Source: an uncultured Clostridiaceae bacterium | Lineage (GTDB): Bacteria > Bacillota > Limnochordia > Darwinibacteriales > Darwinibacteriaceae | Direction of reading: 5' to 3' | DNA length: 64,000 nt | Assembly (NCBI GenBank): GCA_964485345.1 | Contig: CAZAJB010000004.1 | Location: 9,758-73,757 of the forward strand | In this document: in pieces, positions 16,770 through 25,377 of the stretch | How the letters are laid out: each line of letters begins with the position of its first letter | Position numbering within the stretch: position 1 is the stretch's first letter | Translations under genes and position numbers: made by a program | Notes under the pieces: model-generated | Told to the model about the DNA's origin: nothing | What the model saw: only the letters and a program-made list of their open reading frames with translations | The model's database searches: none

Positions 16770-17677
16770 AATTGGTCTCCTCCGTTCGTCTCGGGCACAA
16801 AGACTCCTGTTTCCATCAAAGTAACTACAAAAACCTGGGCTTCTTCTTTAAAACGAGCCCTAAAGTCCTCTGCCCCTCGGTGTTCTGCAAACAAACCATA
16901 GACAGTGGGTCCACTACCGCTCATGCGGCTTACGGTAGCGCCATAATGAATCAGCCGCTCTTTCCAGATACGAACTTCAGGCACAAGACGTATGGTGACA
17001 GATTCTAACGCATTGGCCAGGATCTGATCCAAGCCTGCATCGCTCGTTCCCTCTAAAAACTCTAGCAGCCGCGACGTAGACATGCCGCCATACGCTCTAG
17101 GGTCTAGCTTGCCATAGACGTCAGCCGTGGATACGGATGCCTCTGGCTTCACAAGGACCATGGTCATGGCGGGGAAGGCCCGAAGTGGGGTCACTTGCTC
17201 CCCAATACCCCGCACCAGGCACGTCCCTCCTTGGAGGCAAAAAGGAACATCGGCACCGATCGTCTCACCGATTCGCTGCAACTCAGTTAGCGTCATCTTC
17301 CTTTGATAGAGGGCGTTCAAACCAAGCAGCACGGCCGCGGCATCGGTACTTCCGCCGCCTAAACCTGCACCCACAGGGATCTCCTTGACGAGTGCAATAT
17401 CTACGCATAGATCGCCCGTGCCTACTTGGCGCTCAAAGGCTGTGGCAGCCTGCCAGCATATATTGGTATGATCCTGGGGGACTCGGGGATGATGGCATGT
17501 TAGAGAGGTGCCGTGACCCTTAGGCTTTTTTGTCAGCGTTATGGTGTCTGAAAGGGAGATAGACTGCATCACACTGCTCAAAAGATGATATCCGTCGCTT
17601 CTGCGCCCCTGGATATCTAAGGTCAGATTGACTTTGGCGTTGGCCTTTAGGGTGATCTTGTCCATAGCAGTCGGCAT
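16766..17677 (-). CDS. ispE: 4-diphosphocytidyl-2-C-methyl-D-erythritol kinase
   Basis: AKVNLTLDI...DGYH and the GHMP motif PVGAGLGGGSTDAAA. Confidence 0.9.
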   Translation of the reverse strand: MPTAMDKITLKANAKVNLTLDIQGRRSDGYHLLSSVMQSISLSDTITLTKKPKGHGTSLTCHHPRVPQDHTNICWQAATAFERQVGTGDLCVDIALVKEIPVGAGLGGGSTDAAAVLLGLNALYQRKMTLTELQRIGETIGADVPFCLQGGTCLVRGIGEQVTPLRAFPAMTMVLVKPEASVSTADVYGKLDPRAYGGMSTSRLLEFLEGTSDAGLDQILANALESVTIRLVPEVRIWKERLIHYGATVSRMSGSGPTVYGLFAEHRGAEDFRARFKEEAQVFVVTLMETGVFVPETNGGDQL

Positions 17678-17735
17678 CAAGTGGCCCCCCCATCTTACCC
17701 TTATTTCCGCACCAAGGGGAGAATTCCTTCTGCAA

Positions 17736-18173
17736 TCAGCGGGACAAAAGTAACCAGGCCCCGCCTGCCATGAGTAGGATGCCTAAGGCCTTACCAAGGC
17801 TAAAAGGGAGAGGCTCCAAACCAAACCAGCCGAAATGGTCTACCAGGGCCGCTGTGAATACTTGTCCAACAATGATGGCAGTCGTAGCTGGCGCCACCCC
17901 CAGCTTGGATATGGCGGCAGCCACTAGATAGATGATGCCAACACTCAAGACTCCGCCTAGATAGGCGTACCAGGGGGCTTTGGCAAAATGTGCTAGGTTC
18001 CCTTGACCTAAACCCAGTACAACCAGAATTAGAGCTAGAACAGTGCCCACCAGATGGACAATGAAGGTCCCTTCCAACAGACCTACAATTTTCGCCATGG
18101 CTGTATTGAGTGAGCCCTGCAGGGCCATGAGTACCCCAGATAAAGCTGCCAAAACCAGTGCAAGCATGGTCAT
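17736..18173 (-). CDS. DMT-superfamily small membrane protein (DUF606/YdcZ-like)
   Basis: 145 aa with 4-5 TM segments; ...ALQGSLNTAMAK...GGVLSVGIIYLVAAAISKLG... Confidence 0.6.
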   Translation of the reverse strand: MTMLALVLAALSGVLMALQGSLNTAMAKIVGLLEGTFIVHLVGTVLALILVVLGLGQGNLAHFAKAPWYAYLGGVLSVGIIYLVAAAISKLGVAPATTAIIVGQVFTAALVDHFGWFGLEPLPFSLGKALGILLMAGGAWLLLSR

Positions 18174-18242
18174 ACCCCTTCCTGCTCCCCGAAGGGGAAC
18201 TCCGATCGGATTGCCTCGCGATCAGTAAGGGTATTATGCCCA

Positions 18243-18278
18243 ACTGTGCCCTTCGCGAATAGTCGCCAAGGGCACAGT
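18243..18278 (-). terminator. Strong hairpin after the LysM coat gene (no clear U-tract)
   Basis: actgtgccctt / aagggcacagt 11-bp stem with an internally paired loop. It is not followed by a T-run, so terminator function is uncertain. Confidence 0.35.
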
Positions 18279-18296
18279 ACTTACACCAGATTTCGG

Positions 18297-19880
18297 CTAT
18301 GGGCGGGGAATGTAGAGACGTTCCCCGGCTTTCAGATTCAGCGGGTCATCTTGCAGGCTCGGGTTGGCTCCAATAATCGCCGCTTCGGTTGTGTGGTAGA
18401 TGCGGGATAGTTTCCAAATGGTATCACCGCTTTGCACAAAGATATAGGTTAGGGTGGGCGGGTTGTCTTGCGGTTCTTCCACTGCTACGGCTTCCACGAC
18501 GACATCCACCTCAACGTACTCCACTACACTGATGTTAAAGCGCAGTGTGACAGCGGCTTCAAGGGTTTCTCTGTTGATTAAATCGGGTTTTACCCCTAGC
18601 ACCGCGATTGAAATGCGAGGCTGCATGCCAAGCTCGAGCCCTGGAACTGCAATGGTTTGCCTGAAGGGTATGACTTCAGGGAACATGCCGCGGAACAGTG
18701 GTTTGGTATCTTCCTCGGAGTGGGCCAAATAGATGAGCTCCACATCTAGAACGCCTTCCACTGTGAGCTTATCGTTCTCCACTTCATAATCAATCACATA
18801 GGCCACTGCATTGCTGACCAAGAGCTCTCGCATGGGTGGCAGTGCCTGGGGCAGTTCAATCAGGCCGCGCACCACAACCTGCTGGTCTTTCCTCTGAACA
18901 ATGCTGTCAAGGGCCACAAGTTCTTTGCGCGCCTCTACCTGTTGGCCTGGTGCGGCAATGTCTGTCAGGACCTGGAAGGGTCGCTCCTCACTTAAGAGTA
19001 GGTTCCCTTGTAGATGGAGCTCCACCCGGGCGCTTTGGCCGTCGTTGACCACAAAGGCCTCGCTGGCGCAGCCTAGTCTAGATTCTAGGGTCATCCCAGC
19101 TTTGATCTGGGACTCCTCGTAAACGAGTTCGAAGGGAAGCCCCTGCGGAAAACTGCGCACCGCCACGGCCAAGTCTTGCCTTTCGTAGAGAACCTCTAGA
19201 GTGGCTATTCCCTTGATGAGGAGTTTACCCTCGCTGATCTCTGTTTCATGTAGCTGAACCCCGGTGGTCATGGCCAGAATCGTTGTGAGGGGCGCCGCCC
19301 CTTCTTCCGTGAATTCCAAGATCCCAGTGATTTCTTTGTCCACATCCAGCTTTAGGGCAGATGCTACTGGATGCAGCATCAGACCATCGGTTGTGATTTT
19401 TACCCCCTGTGCCATGTTCACATCACGGATGGCCAGATAATCCTTAACTTGCTCCACCTTTGCCGTAACCGCAACGATCAGATCCACATCGAGCGAGTAC
19501 TGACCCCCACCGAGATCCCATTCGCAGGCCAGGGTCTTCATGTCAACCTCCGCCAGCATCTCTGGTTCGGCCCCAATTACTTCTACATGCGTGTCAAAGG
19601 GGAGGGCACCAGGCCAATCCACCCGCTTTAATCCCGCTGGCTCGTCTTCTAAGGTCTCAGGCACATAGACCATGGCAAGATCCACTACTCCCTGGACATA
19701 GACACGATCCTGGTCTGTGGTCAGGGACTGTAGTTTCGGCGTACCCTTCACCCAAACGATTCTCTCTACGGGAGCTGCGGTGCCGGGCAATTCCACCTTA
19801 CCCTGGAGGACGGTTTGAAGCGTATTTTCCCCCACACGATTTACCGCAACAAGGCGGCTTTCTTTCACACTTAGGCTCAT
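18297..19880 (-). CDS. SpoVID-like spore-coat morphogenetic protein (beta-rich repeats plus C-terminal LysM)
   Basis: C-terminal LysM (YIFVQSGDTIWKLSRIYHTTEAAIIGANP...LKAGERLYIP). The long N-terminal region resembles DUF3794/SPOCS repeats, from memory. I moved the start to ATG 19880, which has SD AAGGGGGAG. Confidence 0.55.
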   Translation of the reverse strand: MSLSVKESRLVAVNRVGENTLQTVLQGKVELPGTAAPVERIVWVKGTPKLQSLTTDQDRVYVQGVVDLAMVYVPETLEDEPAGLKRVDWPGALPFDTHVEVIGAEPEMLAEVDMKTLACEWDLGGGQYSLDVDLIVAVTAKVEQVKDYLAIRDVNMAQGVKITTDGLMLHPVASALKLDVDKEITGILEFTEEGAAPLTTILAMTTGVQLHETEISEGKLLIKGIATLEVLYERQDLAVAVRSFPQGLPFELVYEESQIKAGMTLESRLGCASEAFVVNDGQSARVELHLQGNLLLSEERPFQVLTDIAAPGQQVEARKELVALDSIVQRKDQQVVVRGLIELPQALPPMRELLVSNAVAYVIDYEVENDKLTVEGVLDVELIYLAHSEEDTKPLFRGMFPEVIPFRQTIAVPGLELGMQPRISIAVLGVKPDLINRETLEAAVTLRFNISVVEYVEVDVVVEAVAVEEPQDNPPTLTYIFVQSGDTIWKLSRIYHTTEAAIIGANPSLQDDPLNLKAGERLYIPRP

Positions 19881-19950
19881 CTCTCTCCCCCTTTTCGCCA
19901 TAAACTTGCTTGTTTCCCTAATACCTATGAAAAGGCCGGTCAAAACATGT

Positions 19951-21210
19951 CTATTCCTGAGAATTATTCAGAGCAGCAGTCCGAAAACATCTGGCGGTTG
20001 CCCATATCCTAGGATCCTCGAGGCCCAAACCATCAAGGATCAAGCCCGCGAGGTTATGACGATTGGCCACGAGGGACATCTCCGCCATGAGGCTATGCTG
20101 CGGCAGGCGAATCTGATACGACGCTCCCCGTTTTTTGTAAGTGTAGTAGGGATAGCCCCGTTCGTCTTGGCTGAGGCGGGCTCCTTGGCGAAGGGCTCTG
20201 GAGAGGGCTGTCTGGTAAGGCAAGAGTGTCGAACAAGCTTCGTCGCCTTCTGCTCCCGTTTCCCACTCCAGTGCATAGACGGGGACTTTGAGCAGAATTT
20301 TCCAGGAATGAATGGCAGGCAAGAGCGAGTCAACCAACTCTTCAGCTCGGCGGCGCTCAACGATTGGACCCGGTTCAAGGGGCGGGGGCAGCGACAAAAC
20401 AATGCGATCAACCAACTGGTTGACCAGAGCATAGTCTACACCTCCCCACAGCGTCCAACTGGGTACCTTCGGCCCTAGCTCTACCCACAGCATGGCAGGG
20501 GGCTTGAGCCTTTTTCGCAGAAATTGCAGGAGTTTGAGATAGCGCCTGCCATCCACAGGTTCCACTGCCTGCCAGGGAAGGTACAATCCCCGCGAACCAG
20601 GGAAGGAGCTTAAGAATTCGGAGGCCATCCGCCTGCGTCTCCGCGGCGTCTTCAAATGAGCGTGGACAGCAACCTCATCGGCCTGTTCAAAGGCTGCAGG
20701 TCGAATCACGTAAGGTTCAGGCAAGGAAGCTCCTGGATGGTCAGGGCAAATAAGTCCGGTAAGCTTGCCCCTAGGTGTATCAAGTTTTGCCTCGCTTTTG
20801 CACAATCCCCAGAGCTCGCGCTCAAAGAAGACTAGGCGCTGGCCTGAATAGATGGGCTTTTGACTCATGAGGGGTGCTCCGAAGGCTTCGATCCCCACCT
20901 CGTACTTCTTGGCGATCTCTGCGAGTGTTTCTTGGGGCCCCACCACATGCACCGTCCTTTGCACCGGTACATCTTTTTTTAGGGCTAGGGCAAAAAAACG
21001 CTTGCCGGCAATCCCATCTGCCACGAGTCCATGGTCCCGCTGCCATAGGCGGACTGCATCTTTCGTCAAGTAACCAAAGTCTGGTTCGGAGCCAAGGTCA
21101 TAGCCCTGGAGCCGTAAAAAAGCGTGTAATTGGGTAACGTCTGGACCTTTATGCCCCAGACAGAGGGTGCGAGATCCTAGTTTTCTCCCTGGGAAAAGGG
21201 CCATTTCCAA
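19951..21210 (-). CDS. PG-binding domain + LysM + GH18-like (SleL/YaaH-related) cortex/peptidoglycan protein
   Basis: PG_binding_1-like GPDVTQLHAFLRLQGY...GYLTKDAVRLWQRDHGLVADGIAG; LysM-like HVVGPQETLAEIAKKYEV; a C-terminal TIM-barrel-like region ending ...LAGLILDGLGLEDPRIW. I do not see the GH18 DxxDxDxE motif. Confidence 0.5.
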   Translation of the reverse strand: MEMALFPGRKLGSRTLCLGHKGPDVTQLHAFLRLQGYDLGSEPDFGYLTKDAVRLWQRDHGLVADGIAGKRFFALALKKDVPVQRTVHVVGPQETLAEIAKKYEVGIEAFGAPLMSQKPIYSGQRLVFFERELWGLCKSEAKLDTPRGKLTGLICPDHPGASLPEPYVIRPAAFEQADEVAVHAHLKTPRRRRRMASEFLSSFPGSRGLYLPWQAVEPVDGRRYLKLLQFLRKRLKPPAMLWVELGPKVPSWTLWGGVDYALVNQLVDRIVLSLPPPLEPGPIVERRRAEELVDSLLPAIHSWKILLKVPVYALEWETGAEGDEACSTLLPYQTALSRALRQGARLSQDERGYPYYTYKKRGASYQIRLPQHSLMAEMSLVANRHNLAGLILDGLGLEDPRIWATARCFRTAALNNSQE

Positions 21211-21250
21211 CGCCTCCTTCGCCCATTCTTATGCTTGGTCCGGCAATTTG

Positions 21251-21278
21251 AAAACAAAAAAAGCACCTTTAGGTGCTT
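21251..21278 (-). terminator. Rho-independent terminator of veg
   Basis: Minus strand: aagcacc - taaa - ggtgctt followed by tttttgtttt. Confidence 0.7.
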
Positions 21279-21294
21279 TCTCTACCTTGTCTAT

Positions 21295-21570
21295 CTATCC
21301 ATTGATAGCTTCCATGTCGCCAATGAGGCAATCGTCGACCATTACTTCGACAGTTCTCGTGAGCACGTCTGCGTACGTATAAGACAGGCGCTCAATAGAA
21401 TGGGATGCATCTAACTTTACTACAAAGATCTTTGGATATGTGCTTTCGATGACACCTTCGGCTTCAACAATTTTCTTGCGCCCACGATTAGCCCGTAGTT
21501 TGACCCGTTTGCCGACACAGGATTCCAAGTCCAGCTTGATCTGCTGGAGACTGTTTACTCCGACAGTCAT
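21295..21570 (-). CDS. veg: Veg protein
   Basis: LQQIKLDLESCVGKRVKLRANRGRKKIVEAEGVIESTYPKIFVV...ERLSYTYADVLT. I moved the start to ATG 21570. Confidence 0.9.
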   Translation of the reverse strand: MTVGVNSLQQIKLDLESCVGKRVKLRANRGRKKIVEAEGVIESTYPKIFVVKLDASHSIERLSYTYADVLTRTVEVMVDDCLIGDMEAING

Positions 21571-21604
21571 GTAGTCACCGCCTTCATACCATTTTGTCGA
21601 ACTT

Positions 21605-21633
21605 ATTCTATCATGGTAGCGGCATTTTGTCAA
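21605..21633 (-). promoter_or_regulatory. veg promoter (near-consensus, extended -10)
   Basis: Minus strand: TTGACA (21633..21628), 17 nt, TAGAAT (21610..21605), with a TG two bases upstream of the -10. Confidence 0.55.
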
Positions 21634-21643
21634 TCAAATTAAT

Positions 21644-21672
21644 AGTTTATCAATGGTGCTTGCCGTTGTCAA
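21644..21672 (-). promoter_or_regulatory. Possible second upstream veg promoter
   Basis: Minus strand: TTGACA (21672..21667), 17 nt, TAAACT (21649..21644). Confidence 0.3.
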
Positions 21673-21741
21673 GCACAAAATGTCCTGAACCAGCATTTAG
21701 TTCCCTTCCCAAGGATTGAAAGAGGGGCGAAGTCGGTAAAG

Positions 21742-22209
21742 CTACTTCGTATAACGGTCTGCCACCGAGGAAGCACCGTAAGAATCGGGCTTAATTCTGC
21801 ATAAGTATCCGGACCCATTGACCATGCCGACGACTTCCTTGACCAGGGTTTTTGTCGCTCCATTGCTCCCTACGTCCAAGTGGATTTCTAGGTTAAGCTC
21901 TTGGCCGCAGTCGGCCAGTTTCTCCGTTAAAAGAGAAGCTACACTCAAACTCAAGGAGGCCTCGTAAAAAATCCTTTGCCTGAGGGAGCGGGCATAGTTT
22001 TCGCGGTGCCTGGTATAGAAAAATCTTCCTCCCTTGCCTTGACGATGAACGATCAGAGCAGTCACAAAGCAGGTTTCGTCCTTCAGCTGCGAGTCGGTTC
22101 CCACAATGAGCCGATAGTTGTCATCTGGATTCTCCGATGCATAGGACAAAACTTCTGCAAACACTTCGTCGAAGGTGAGATGTCCTTTCGTAGGGCTAAT
22201 GAAATCCAC
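21742..22209 (-). CDS. RNase H-like YkuK-family protein (DUF458)
   Basis: 155 aa; ...YRLIVGTDSQ...FVTALIVHRQGKGGRFFY...LEIHLDVGSNG... Confidence 0.6.
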   Translation of the reverse strand: MDFISPTKGHLTFDEVFAEVLSYASENPDDNYRLIVGTDSQLKDETCFVTALIVHRQGKGGRFFYTRHRENYARSLRQRIFYEASLSLSVASLLTEKLADCGQELNLEIHLDVGSNGATKTLVKEVVGMVNGSGYLCRIKPDSYGASSVADRYTK

Positions 22210-22214
22210 TTTGT

Positions 22215-23078
22215 TTACACTCCCTTCAAGAGCTCCTTCGTCAGCGTACTAAAATCCTCTAGGGACAAGCGCTCTGCTCGAATCTGTGGGTCGAGCTTGG
22301 CTTGTAGCATGGCGTGCTCGAGGGTTGCGGGACTGAGTCCCCACTCATCGAGCAAGGGGCGAAGAGAATTACGCAGGGTCTTACGCCGCTGGCCAAAACC
22401 TGAGCGAATCACAGCAAAGAGGGCATCTTTGGGGGCATCGACCTCAGGCGGACGGAGCGTGAGCTCCACAATGGCCGATTCTACGTCTGGCGCCGGAAGA
22501 AACACCGTCTTCGGCACATTCATGGCCAGGCGCCCCCTGGCATAATACTGGACGGCGAAAGAGAGGACCCCCACATCTTTGCTGCCTGGGGAGGCCAGCA
22601 TGCGGGTTGCCACTTCTTTTTGCACCATGACTACAATCGATCGAAAAGGAAGATCGCTTTCCAGGGCTTTCATCACCAGAGGTGTGGTGAGGTAGTAGGG
22701 CAAATTGGCCACAAGCTTGAGGGGTTGACCCTGCCAGCCTGCATCCTGCAGAAGCTCCCTCCAATCGGCCGCCAGAGCATCCCCTTCCCAAATCGTGGTC
22801 TGGGGATTCTCTAGAGTCTCCCGCAGAATTGCCACGAGGGAGATGTCGATCTCCATGGCCAGGACATGGGCCGCCTGCGCCGCTAGATGCACCGTAAGGG
22901 CTCCAAGTCCGGGGCCGATCTCCAGGGCCCACTCGTTCTTTTGCAGGTTCGCCGTGGCGATAATACGATTCGCGATGTTTTGATCGATCAGGAAGTTTTG
23001 ACCAAAGCGTTTCTTTGTGCTAAAGCCCCGTTCCTTCATGAGGCGGGCAACGTAGGACGGATTTGTCGTGTGGCTCAT
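22215..23078 (-). CDS. rsmA: 16S rRNA (adenine1518/1519-N6)-dimethyltransferase RsmA/KsgA
   Basis: KKRFGQNFLID, EIGPGLGALT, NLPYY motifs. Confidence 0.95.
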   Translation of the reverse strand: MSHTTNPSYVARLMKERGFSTKKRFGQNFLIDQNIANRIIATANLQKNEWALEIGPGLGALTVHLAAQAAHVLAMEIDISLVAILRETLENPQTTIWEGDALAADWRELLQDAGWQGQPLKLVANLPYYLTTPLVMKALESDLPFRSIVVMVQKEVATRMLASPGSKDVGVLSFAVQYYARGRLAMNVPKTVFLPAPDVESAIVELTLRPPEVDAPKDALFAVIRSGFGQRRKTLRNSLRPLLDEWGLSPATLEHAMLQAKLDPQIRAERLSLEDFSTLTKELLKGV

Positions 23079-23088
23079 CTGCTTCCTC

Positions 23089-23292
23089 CTAGCCTACCAA
23101 GTCACTCAGACCCTTACTAATTCTACTTAACTCTGCTTTAAACTGTTCGTTGTCGTATTCCTCTAGACGATCTAAGAGATCGCAAATGTCGTCATACTCT
23201 TCTTGAGAAAGCTGCCCAAGTTCCACCAGATTGCGGCAGGTATCTACAAAGATCACCTTGGTTCGATCCATCTCCCCCATAATAACCCCCAC
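23089..23292 (-). CDS. Small acidic hypothetical protein
   Basis: 67-aa ORF abutting the helicase stop (the GTG at 23292 is directly adjacent to the stop at 23293..23295), 10 nt upstream of rsmA. I recognise no family. Confidence 0.4.
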   Translation of the reverse strand: MGVIMGEMDRTKVIFVDTCRNLVELGQLSQEEYDDICDLLDRLEEYDNEQFKAELSRISKGLSDLVG

Positions 23293-24675
23293 TTACTTCG
23301 AATATTCCTCAATAAAACGAGTGTATTCCTTGATAAAGCGTAGCTGCACAGCGCCTGTAGTTCCTTTACGCTGCTTGGCAAAAATCACTTCGACGAGTCC
23401 CTCTGTACCCTTTTCCCTGGCGGTATCGGGATAATAGTAGTCGTCACGGTAGAGGAACATGATTACGTCAGCAAACTCCTCGATATTACCAGAATCTCTC
23501 AGGTCTGACATCATGGGTCGCTTGTTTTCACGGCTCTCGACGCCGCGATTGAGCTGAGACAGTAGAATAATGGGAACATCAAGCTCACCGGCTAAATCTC
23601 TAAGCTCACGGACCATCTCGCCCACAACCAAAGTCCAGCTGCGGTTGGAATTGTTCGGTGGCTTGATCAATTGCAGATAGTCGATGACAATCAGCCCCAA
23701 TTTCGGGTTCTCGGTCTTGAACTTTCTGGCCCTAGCCTTAATCTCAGCCACGGTGAGGCCCCGCTTATCCACAATGGAAAGGGGCAAAGGATACAGTTCA
23801 TTAAAGACCTTTTGGGTTACGGCAAATTGCTCATCGCTGAGCTTGGTTTGATACTCAGCAGAGGTGACTGCATGCCGGTTGCCTTCCTTATGGCCAAACA
23901 GCTCGCTTAAGACAATTCGGTCACCTAGTTGCTCGTCATCCATTTCGAGACTCACGATCAAGACAGGAATATTGCGTTTGGCCACATTGGCTGCCACATT
24001 GAGAACGAACGCAGTCTTACCCATGGAAGGCCGCGCTGCCAAAATAATCAGGTCCTTTTTCTTGAATCCCATGGTCATGCCGTCAACGGATGGAAACTGC
24101 ACCGAAAGTCCGTAAGCATCGCTCAACCCTTCCCGCCGTTTGAGCAGATTGATATAACACTTGTTGAGGACTTCTAAGAGATTCTTGGCCTCATCGCTGG
24201 CGGCATCAACACCCTGGCTGGCGGCATAAATCAGCTCTTGCGCTTTGGCCTGAACCTCTTCTAAGCTCTCTTGCTTGGGATCGAGGGCGAGAGCTTTAAT
24301 GGTGTCACAGGCTTGGGCAAGTCTGCGCACTCCTTCTTTGTGGAGCAGGATCCCCATGCTAGGCTCAAGCTCGCCGAGGGAGACAAAGGACTCTGTTAAG
24401 GGAATTAAGAGCTCCGCAGGTGCATCGGTAATGGAGTCGTTCCTGAGACGATTATAGACTTGGGTGTACGAAATGCGGCCCTGCTTATTATAAATATCGA
24501 GAATGATTTCGTAGATGCGCCGATGGGCAGGATCGAGAAAGTGGGCAGGGCGCAAGCGACCAATCACCCTGTCGACCTGGCCAGGATGCTTAATTAGGAT
24601 GCCGAGGATTTGCCGCTCTGCGCTTAAATCCATGGGTACGTCATAGCTACGTGCTTCTGGTTCAATCAAATACAT
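23293..24675 (-). CDS. dnaB: Replicative DNA helicase (DnaB family; DnaC in B. subtilis nomenclature)
   Basis: N-terminal AERQILGILIKHP; Walker A ARPSMGKTAFVLN; IVIDYLQLI; LSQLNRGVESRENKRPMMSDLRDSG. I chose ATG 24675 as the start because it has SD GGAGGGAGG. Confidence 0.9.
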   Translation of the reverse strand: MYLIEPEARSYDVPMDLSAERQILGILIKHPGQVDRVIGRLRPAHFLDPAHRRIYEIILDIYNKQGRISYTQVYNRLRNDSITDAPAELLIPLTESFVSLGELEPSMGILLHKEGVRRLAQACDTIKALALDPKQESLEEVQAKAQELIYAASQGVDAASDEAKNLLEVLNKCYINLLKRREGLSDAYGLSVQFPSVDGMTMGFKKKDLIILAARPSMGKTAFVLNVAANVAKRNIPVLIVSLEMDDEQLGDRIVLSELFGHKEGNRHAVTSAEYQTKLSDEQFAVTQKVFNELYPLPLSIVDKRGLTVAEIKARARKFKTENPKLGLIVIDYLQLIKPPNNSNRSWTLVVGEMVRELRDLAGELDVPIILLSQLNRGVESRENKRPMMSDLRDSGNIEEFADVIMFLYRDDYYYPDTAREKGTEGLVEVIFAKQRKGTTGAVQLRFIKEYTRFIEEYSK

Positions 24676-25363
24676 CGGGGAAAACCTCCCTCCAGCGCTG
24701 TTCCGCTGGATTATGCTCTTTACCGTTAGCAATCGGCCCGAGTACCTTAGTAAGGTACGGGCTCTCTAAAAGATCATTGTAGGTGCGAATGCCAAGTCCA
24801 TGCCAGTTGCGCAAGATGCCTTCGAGATAGGCAAAGCTCTGATGGGCTGCGGAAGCACACATTTCCTCTACCGCAACAGCGATCACTTCGTGGGATAGAC
24901 TTTTGTTTTGCATCCAGTGGAGCAACTTACGCTTCTCATCGGCTGTGGGAACAGTGACCCGCGCTGAAACATAACTCAGCAGCCAGGCAAAGGAATCGGG
25001 CTCGCCCCCGAGAGAACCGTCCTCAGCAGGGACCTCCAAGGTTGCTGCCTGCGGGGAGGCAGACTCAGCTCCTTGGATCTGCGGGACAGTCAACTGAATT
25101 TCTAGTCCCTCATCATTAATCCAGCCTCCGTCGGCTAGGGTGGCCAAAGCCTGGCTCACCGCCCGTTTTTCTAGGCCCATCTGCTGCGCCAGGGAATTAA
25201 TCTGCATGGGGCGTCCGAGCTGAGCGAGGGCTAGAATATTGATCCAGACCAAGGTGGCGGTGGGACCTAAGACAGCCTGGCATTTCAGGATCTCCGTTGG
25301 CACCTGAATGGGCAAGCCCTCTACGTTCTTCAACAGAACTCCTTTGCTTTTCTGGCCAGACAT
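24662..25363 (-). CDS. DnaD-domain replication/primosome protein (wHTH plus DDBH2)
   Basis: C-terminal DnaD domain with the YxxxIxxxW motif (FAYLEGILRNW) and an N-terminal winged-helix-like region. It overlaps the helicase start by 14 nt. I moved the start to ATG 25363. Confidence 0.7.
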   Translation of the reverse strand: MSGQKSKGVLLKNVEGLPIQVPTEILKCQAVLGPTATLVWINILALAQLGRPMQINSLAQQMGLEKRAVSQALATLADGGWINDEGLEIQLTVPQIQGAESASPQAATLEVPAEDGSLGGEPDSFAWLLSYVSARVTVPTADEKRKLLHWMQNKSLSHEVIAVAVEEMCASAAHQSFAYLEGILRNWHGLGIRTYNDLLESPYLTKVLGPIANGKEHNPAEQRWREVFPDVFD

Positions 25364-25377
25364 CTCTCTCCCCCTTT

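Noticed and set aside
19878-19895. An identical 18-nt string, catctctctccccctttt (ATG plus 5' UTR, read on the minus strand as AAAAGGGGGAGAGAGATG), upstream of both the SpoVID-like gene and the dnaD-like gene (25361..25378).
   Set aside because: The shared part is essentially the strong SD used widely in this window (AAAGGGGGA also precedes mfd and rpmH) plus the start codon. Similarity stops immediately outside it, so I treat it as convergent RBS sequence, not a repeat element.
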